Of a DNA stretch of 64,000 nucleotides, positions 57,452 to 64,000 are shown piece by piece. The notes beneath the pieces are model-generated. The model did no database searches. It was not told the DNA's origin and worked only from the letters and a program-made list of their open reading frames with translations. The stretch comes from Macrostomum lignano (lineage: Eukaryota). Positions within the stretch are counted from its first letter, which is position 1. Every line of letters begins with the position of its first letter. Location: positions 28,343 to 92,342 of the forward strand of contig NIVC01002098.1 in assembly GCA_002269645.1 (NCBI GenBank), written 5' to 3'. A program made the translations under genes and the position numbers.

Positions 57452-59404
57452 CTTTCTGCTCCGAAAATTATCTACAGAGCTCTCACAACCCGTTATTTAT
57501 ACAAGTGACTTTCTGCTTGACTGGAGTGGCAGCCGCTTCTAAACCAGATAACGAGACACACCTTCCTGCTCAAGCAGAGTCGCTCTGTTGTACTGGCTGT
57601 GTTGCTTTTGCTTTTTGACCATTTTCCAGCTAGGGTAGTTTGCGTTTGAAGAAACGCCATCCGGCTTTTTTCGGCTGTCTAAAGTCGAGTGGTTGACTAG
57701 ATTAGTGAGCACTATGGCTTTTAATTCTGTCAATTAAAACTATTGGCACGCCAGTTCAGGTGTTTACGAGCTTAAAGAGTACGATCGACTTTTCCACCAA
57801 GTGTCCAAGTCAGCAGCATTCAAGACTGTTAAACGATCCCTCCAGAAAGGTTTGTCCACACCGAATCCGATGGACTGTCTAAAGAACCATTTGAATGAAT
57901 AGTTTTAGAATGTGGACTGAATCAAACCGAGAAGCGGTGTTAATCCTTTTAACATTCGCTATTACGAAGTATATGAAATGAAATCCTACACCCAGAAAGT
58001 CATGTTATTTAATGGCTTAATTGATGGCGGTGTAAAGGTGCGTTTAAAATATTGAAAGTCGATCGTCTTCCAGATACTTAATCTAGAACTCCGCGACCAG
58101 GCATTAGCAGACATTGGCCAACCAATAGAGGACAATTGTACAGGTCAGATAAGGAGTTCCTGCTAACTGCTTTGCCCCGCGCTGTCACACCAACAAGTGA
58201 CAAGTGTAACTGAAGTGTGCTCTCCAGCTTGGCAATTGTCTGACCAAAATTTAATTGGCATTTAAGAACCTGTTTAAACTGGTTTTTTGGCGGCTCCACT
58301 TATACACACGCTTTCTGTTCGCACTAATGTTGAACAATTTATGAGCCATATGAATCGCACGCTCAGGTATAAATTATCTCTCTCGTGTAACCAGAGCAAT
58401 AAACAATTTATCTATTATTTAGAATCTCGTAACTGGCGGAACGACTGTTAAAAATCTTGCAACGGTTTCTTTAAGAGTAAAGCTGATAAATTCCGCACTC
58501 GTGTAGATAAATTATTTGACTCATCTTGCTTCAAGGCAGTGAGTGCACTTCGGACCGCGTGTTAAATAAGAAAATCTACCGACTGTGCTGCAGTCTTGAA
58601 TTAGTCAGTCATTCACAAAAGGTACAAGTATGAAGCATATATTCGATGCCAAATCGGACATTAGAAGCACTAGAAAATACTTTAGTTAGTCAGGACAAAA
58701 AGGGTCACACAAAGCACAGTTCTGTACACAGGAATGATGCCGCCCAATGGTTAAATTGGTTAAAGCGAAACCAATGGGGCGAAAAACATACTCGTGATCC
58801 AGTAAAAACATGGAGCACTAAAGTATAGACGCAAAACAATGGAATAATGGAATGGTTGGTTAAAAATTAACGAAGAGACAGTAAAACAATAAATCAATAA
58901 ATAAGTAAAGAAGCACCTAGAAGGTCCGGACAGAGTATGTGCGCTAAGCAAACGCAAAATGATGTATAACAGCAACATGGCTTGCACAATATCAATTGAA
59001 TTAAGCAGAAAGCATAAAATCGGCACAAATTCCGCAATCAAATCGCCGTGTGTTTTAGTCGGCAGAAATTCATTCGAGCAAGGCACAAAGTTACAGTGAT
59101 AAAATAGATTGTGCGGGAAGGCGAAAAGCGGAAGCGAAGCAAAACAAATAAAAGGTTTATTCAATCTTGCATTAATCTTTTTTACGGTTCATCGAATTTT
59201 AAGGAGATTGGAAGCTAAAGCTCCTTTTTGGTGACCATCAGAATATATAACAGACGCATAACACTGTACTGTATATGTGTAACACTGACATTGTTAGTTT
59301 GATTGCTAGTATATTAAAGTAACCGCGTATTGCGACATAAGAGCTTATGAGCGTAAAATACTTTTTTATTAGCTAGATTAGCATTCCGCTGCACTCCATC
59401 ATCC

Positions 59405-59950
59405 TGACATTGGCTAGACTAGCAACATATCATTATCAGCATTGGCTAGATTAGCAATCCGTCAACATAGCATTGGCTAGATTAGCAATCCGTCAACATA
59501 GCATTGGCTAGATTAGCAACCCGTCAACATAGCATTGGCTAGATTAGCAATCCATCAACATAGCATTGGCTAGATTAGCAATCCATCAACATAGCATTGG
59601 CTAGATTAGCAATCCATCAACATAGCATTGGCTAGATTAGCAATCCATCAACATAGCATTGGCTAGATTAGCAATCCATCAACATAGCATTGGCTAGATT
59701 AGCAATCCATCAACATAGCATTGGCTAGATTAGCAATCCATCAACATAGCATTGGCTAGATTAGCAATCCATCAACATAGCATTGGCTAGATTAGCAATC
59801 CATCAACATAGCATTGGCTAGATTAGCAATCCATCAGCATAGCATTGGCTAGATTAGCAATCCATCAACATAGCATTGGCTAGATTAGCAATCCATCAAC
59901 ATAGCATTGGCTAGATTAGCAATCCATCAACATAGCATTGGCTAGATTAA
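59405..59950. repeat. 31-bp minisatellite (CATAGCATTGGCTAGATTAGCAATCCATCAA), about 17 copies
   Basis: Nearly perfect tandem units. Confidence 0.97.
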
Positions 59951-59959
59951 CATACCAGC

Positions 59960-60795
59960 TAGGGGTCCCAAATCCCGGACATTTTACAATCCCGGGATCC
60001 CGGACAAGAAATTGACCCAATCCCGGGATCCCGGACAAGAAATTGACCCAATCCCGGGATCCCGGACAAGAAATTGACCCAATCCCGGGATCCCGGACAA
60101 GAAATTGACCCAATCCCGGGATCCCGGACAAGAAATTGACCCAATCCCGGGATCCCGGGCCAATCCCGGGATTGAACAAACAAATTTACGGGAAGCTTTC
60201 CCATTTTCCACAAAACAATTTGTCAACCAATTTGAGCATCATTCGGGTTTCTACTTTCTATGTCTAGCTTATACGAGTAGAACTGCATTGATAAAATAGT
60301 TGAAGTTACATGTAGTTGTTGGTTGTACATACATACTAAACTACACCCTCTCCCCTCGGATTAGGACCGTATACGCTGCGCTGGTGCCTCTCTCTGCCCC
60401 CAACACAGACCACCTCACACACACAGAGAGACTCAGACTCCACCCCACCCCCATTTTTCCCTTTCCCTTCCTTAGCTGCGCCTGCGCACTGCGGCGGGGC
60501 CCGGGCCAGTGGGCCCAGTGTCCAGGCCATCGCCACTTAGACAGTTAGAGTCTAGACTAGAGTCAGACCCCTTAGTCTAGTGACTAGTAGTGCTTGATAC
60601 AGTTGATTGATGGTCCTACTGTCCTTCATTCTATAACTTTGTTCTCTCAAAACTGTTAAGTGCTAACTGCAAGAAGAGAAATATTCACTTCTGCAAAGTG
60701 TAAATTCCAATCCCGTGTTTACCGGGATCCCGGACCCCTAATCCCGGGATCCCGAACACTAACAAAAAGCCGGGATCCCGGGATTGGGACCCCTA
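59960..60795. mobile_element. hAT MITE with perfect 8-bp TSD
   Basis: TIR TAGGGGTCCCAA(A)TCCCGG / CCGGGATTGGGACCCCTA; TSD ATACCAGC at 59952-59959 and 60796-60803; internal 31-bp tandem at 60001-60155. Confidence 0.92.
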
Positions 60796-60876
60796 ATACC
60801 AGCATTGGCACTCAGCAACCTGTTGTCAAGCGATTGCACGCAGCCCCTTAGCAACCAAGCGCGTCCAGTCTTAGCT

Positions 60877-62526
60877 CTAATTGAAAGGTCGTAACTGTAG
60901 AGTCGCAGAAGTGAAGCCGACCTCCTCGCCACCGCCGACGCCGCCTCCTCGGCCGACAGTCGACGCCGCGGGCGTGGCAGCCGCCGAGCCCGAGGAAGCC
61001 AGCAGGCCGGAGCGGACGGTGCCGGGCCCGCTGGCGCTGCGCAGCTGGAACTCCTGCTCCCGACGCTGGCGTGCGAGCAGCCGCTCCCCAGGCAGGAAGT
61101 CGCCGTAGACAAGTCGACTACATGCGTCGGCGCTGCAACAGCCGCCGTCGTTGGCCTCGCCATCGTCGTCGGCACGGGCGCAGACTGTCATAATAAGGAG
61201 GCCGACGCCGATTCCGAGTGCCGGCGGCGCGGCGGCGATCAGCCAGCCAATGACGCGGAAGCCGGCGCCGATCGGCTGCTGCCTGCCGTTGCCCAGCTCG
61301 TAGTGGCAGCCGGAGTTGGCCGGCTCGCTTGTGCTGGCCGCGGCGAACCAGCCGTAGCCGGCCAGCGACAGGGCGCAGGCGAGCCCCAGGGCAATCAGGT
61401 ACAGCAGGCGGGCCACCAAGGACCTGGTGCGCACCCGGTAATACGCGATGAAGAATCCAGTTCCGGCGCCGGCTATGGTTACCAGCATGAACCGGTCCAT
61501 GTACCAGTCGTATAGGCGGAGCCACCTGCAGTTTAAAGTGCATCCCGATGGATTACATTTAAGGGAATTTATTCTTTCTTTTCCCAGATACAGACTGACT
61601 CAAATTTAATTGACCTCGATTCCCAGATCCCCAAGCCCCGATTCCCAGATCCCCAAGCCCCAATTCCCAGATCCCCAAGCCCAAATTCCCAGATCCCCAA
61701 GCCCCAATTCCCAGATCCCCAAGCCCCAAATCCCAGATCCCCAAGCCCAAATTCCCAGATCCCCAAGCCCCAATTCCCAGATCCCCAAGCCCAAATTCCC
61801 AGATCCCCAAGCCCCAATTCCCAAATCCCCAAGCCCCGATTCCCAGATCCCCAAGCCCAAATTCCCAGATCCCCAAGCCCAAATTCCCAGATCCCTAAGC
61901 CCCAATTCCCAGATCCCCAAGCCCCGATTCCCAGATTCCCAAGCCCCAAATTCCCAGATCCCCAAGCCCCAATTCCCAGATCCCCAAGCCCAAATTTCCA
62001 AATCCTTAAGTCCCGATTTTCAGGTCCCCAAGTCCCGATTTTCAGATCCCCAAGTCCCGATTCACAGATAATCAAGTCTCGATTCCCAAATCCTCAAGTC
62101 CCAATTCCCAAATCCTCAAGCCCCAATTCCCAAATCCCGAATCCCCAATTCCCAAATCACCAGGAACAAATTCCCAGATCCCCAAGCCCCGATTCCCCAG
62201 CTGCACTTACCAGTATCCGGACCGCAGGATGCAGGGGAAGCTGAGCGCCAACATGGCGGCACAGGCCAACCCAGCGATGAGCCGGTAGACCCGAGTCTGC
62301 CGCTCTTCGACAGTTCGGTGCCGCCGACGCAGCCGGTCGGTAATGCTGTCAGCCGAGGCCACAATCAGCAGGGCCTGGGACAGCAGCAGGCAGATGTAGA
62401 GGCCGGCATAGTAGCAGACTGACACGGCGGGGTGGATGGAGAACTTCGACAGCACGTGGGGAATTAGGGTGAACAGCAGTGCAAAGCTGTGAGCCACGTG
62501 ACAGCGCAGGTACTCCTTTTCGTAGG
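60877..62526 (-). CDS. Multi-pass membrane protein, divergent 7TM/GPCR-like; last two exons (62211-62526, 60877-61525), 5' exons beyond right edge
   Basis: GT-AG splice (TG|GTAAGT ... CAG|G) joins SGYW-WLRLYDWYM in frame; six hydrophobic helices visible, Cys at the start of the putative TM3. Confidence 0.75.
61612..62198. repeat. 21-22-bp minisatellite (TTCCCAGATCCCCAAGCCCCAA) filling the 7TM-like gene intron
   Basis: About 26 units starting immediately after the donor. Confidence 0.95.
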
Positions 62527-62624
62527 CTGGCGGTTAGCGTTTGACCGGATTAAAATTTCTTAAAAAATTATAAAATCATAATGCTTCACTCTTCCCCTTT
62601 AGGAATCCACCTGGTCTTAATGCC

Positions 62625-64000
62625 CCCTTAATCCCTGATCCTCAATCTGGTCGAAATGCTAACCTCAATTCCCGATCCTCAATCTGGATGCTCCCCTCAA
62701 TCCCTAATCCTCAATCTGGATGCTCCCCTCAATCCCTAATCCTCAATCTGGATGCTCCCCTCAATCCCTGATCCTTAATCTGGGCCTGATGCTCCCCTCA
62801 ATCCCTAATCCTCAATCTGGGCCTGATGCTCCCCTCAATCCCTGATCCTCAATCTGGATGCTCCCCTCAATCCCTAATCCTCAATCTGGATGCTAACCTT
62901 CAACCCCTGATCCTCAATCTGGATGCTTCCCTCAACCCCTGATCCTCAATCTGGATGCTCCCCTCAATCCCTGATCCTCAATCTGGATGGTTTCCTCAAT
63001 CCCTGATCCTCAATCTGGATGCTCCCCTCAATCCCTAATCCTCAATCTGGATGCTCCCCTCAATCCCTGATCCTTAATCTGGGCCTGATGCTCCCCTCAA
63101 CCCCTGATCCTCAATCTGGGCCTGATGCTCCCCTCAATCCCTGATCCTCAATCTGGATGGTTTCCTCAATCCCTGATCCTCAATCTGGATGGTTTCCTGA
63201 ATCCCTGATCCTCAATCTGGATGGTTTCCTCAATCCCTGATCCTCAATCTGGATGGTTTCCTCAATCCCTGATCCTCAATCTGGATGCTCCCCTCAATCC
63301 CTGATCCTCAATCTGGATGCTCCCCTCAATCCCTGATCCTCAATCTGGATGCTCCCCTCAATCCCTGATCCTCAATCTGGATGCTCCCCTCAATCCCTGA
63401 TCCTCAATCTGGATGTTCCCCTCAATCTCTGATCCTCAATCTGGATGCTTCCCTCAACCCCTGATCCTCAATCTGGATGCTCCCCTCAATCCCTAATCCT
63501 CAATCTGGATGCTCCCCTCAATCCCTAATCCTCAATCTGGGCCTGATGCTCCCCTCAATCCCTGATCCTCAATCTGGGCCTGATGCTCCCCTCAATCCCT
63601 GATCCTCAATCTGGATGCTCCCCTCAATCCCTGATCCTCAATCTGGGCCTGATGCTCCCCTCAATCCCTGATCCTCAATCTGGATGCTCCCCTCAATCCC
63701 TGATCCTCAATCTGGATGCTCCCCTCAATCCCCGATCCTCAATCTGGATGCTCCTCTCAATCCCTGATCCTCAATCTGGATGGTTTCCTCAATCCCTGAT
63801 CCTCAATCTGGGCCTGATGCTCCCCTCAATCCCTGATCCTCAATCTGGATGCTCCTCTCAATCCCTGATCCTCAATCTGGATGCTCCCCTCAATCCCTAA
63901 TCCTCAATCTGGGCCTGATGCTCCCCTCAACCCCTGATCCTCAATCTGGGCCTGATGCTCCCCTCAACCCCTGATCCTCAATCTGGATGCTTCCCTCAAT
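62625..64000. repeat. 32/38-bp minisatellite (ATGCTCCCCTCAATCCCTGATCCTCAATCTGG +/- GCCTG), runs off right edge
   Basis: More than 35 tandem units in the upstream intron. Confidence 0.97.

Noticed and set aside
57781-58067. Possible MITE with ACGATCGACTTT inverted ends
   Set aside because: Only about 12 bp of inverted match and no TSD found.

Overview
Eukaryotic, invertebrate-type genomic DNA. GC-rich exons, minisatellite-filled introns and poly-Q/P proteins suggest a flatworm such as Macrostomum lignano; this is inference, not a database result. Four host genes can be reconstructed: (1) a minus-strand plexin (Sema-PSI-IPT-TM-GAP/RBD), 13 coding exons from 20885 running off the left edge, with three single-base frameshifts at homopolymer runs; (2) an intronless SMARCE1/BAF57 HMG-box gene (50545-52587, +); (3) an intronless SLC16/MCT transporter (55370-57451, -); (4) the last two exons of an orphan multi-pass, 7TM-like membrane protein (60877-62526, -). 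Ten of 12 plexin introns and both visible introns of the 7TM-like gene carry their own tandem repeat. The most striking structure is a nested transposon stack at 27737-42093, with boundaries read from TIRs and TSDs. A hAT-type MITE (8-bp TSD) contains a Sola2-like element (long TIRs, GAG...CTC ends). Its left TIR received, at the same target, a small MITE and an 11.7-kb foldback element. The foldback has 3-4 kb minisatellite-filled inverted arms, CA...TG ends, a 7-bp TSD and a short P-transposase-like remnant, so it resembles Galileo. An AT-rich, CpG-depleted region of decayed transposons (42-50 kb) includes a MULE remnant with apparent CGA>TGA stops. A CORE-type SINE lies in plexin intron 4. 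Most long ORFs in the supplied track are repeat artefacts.
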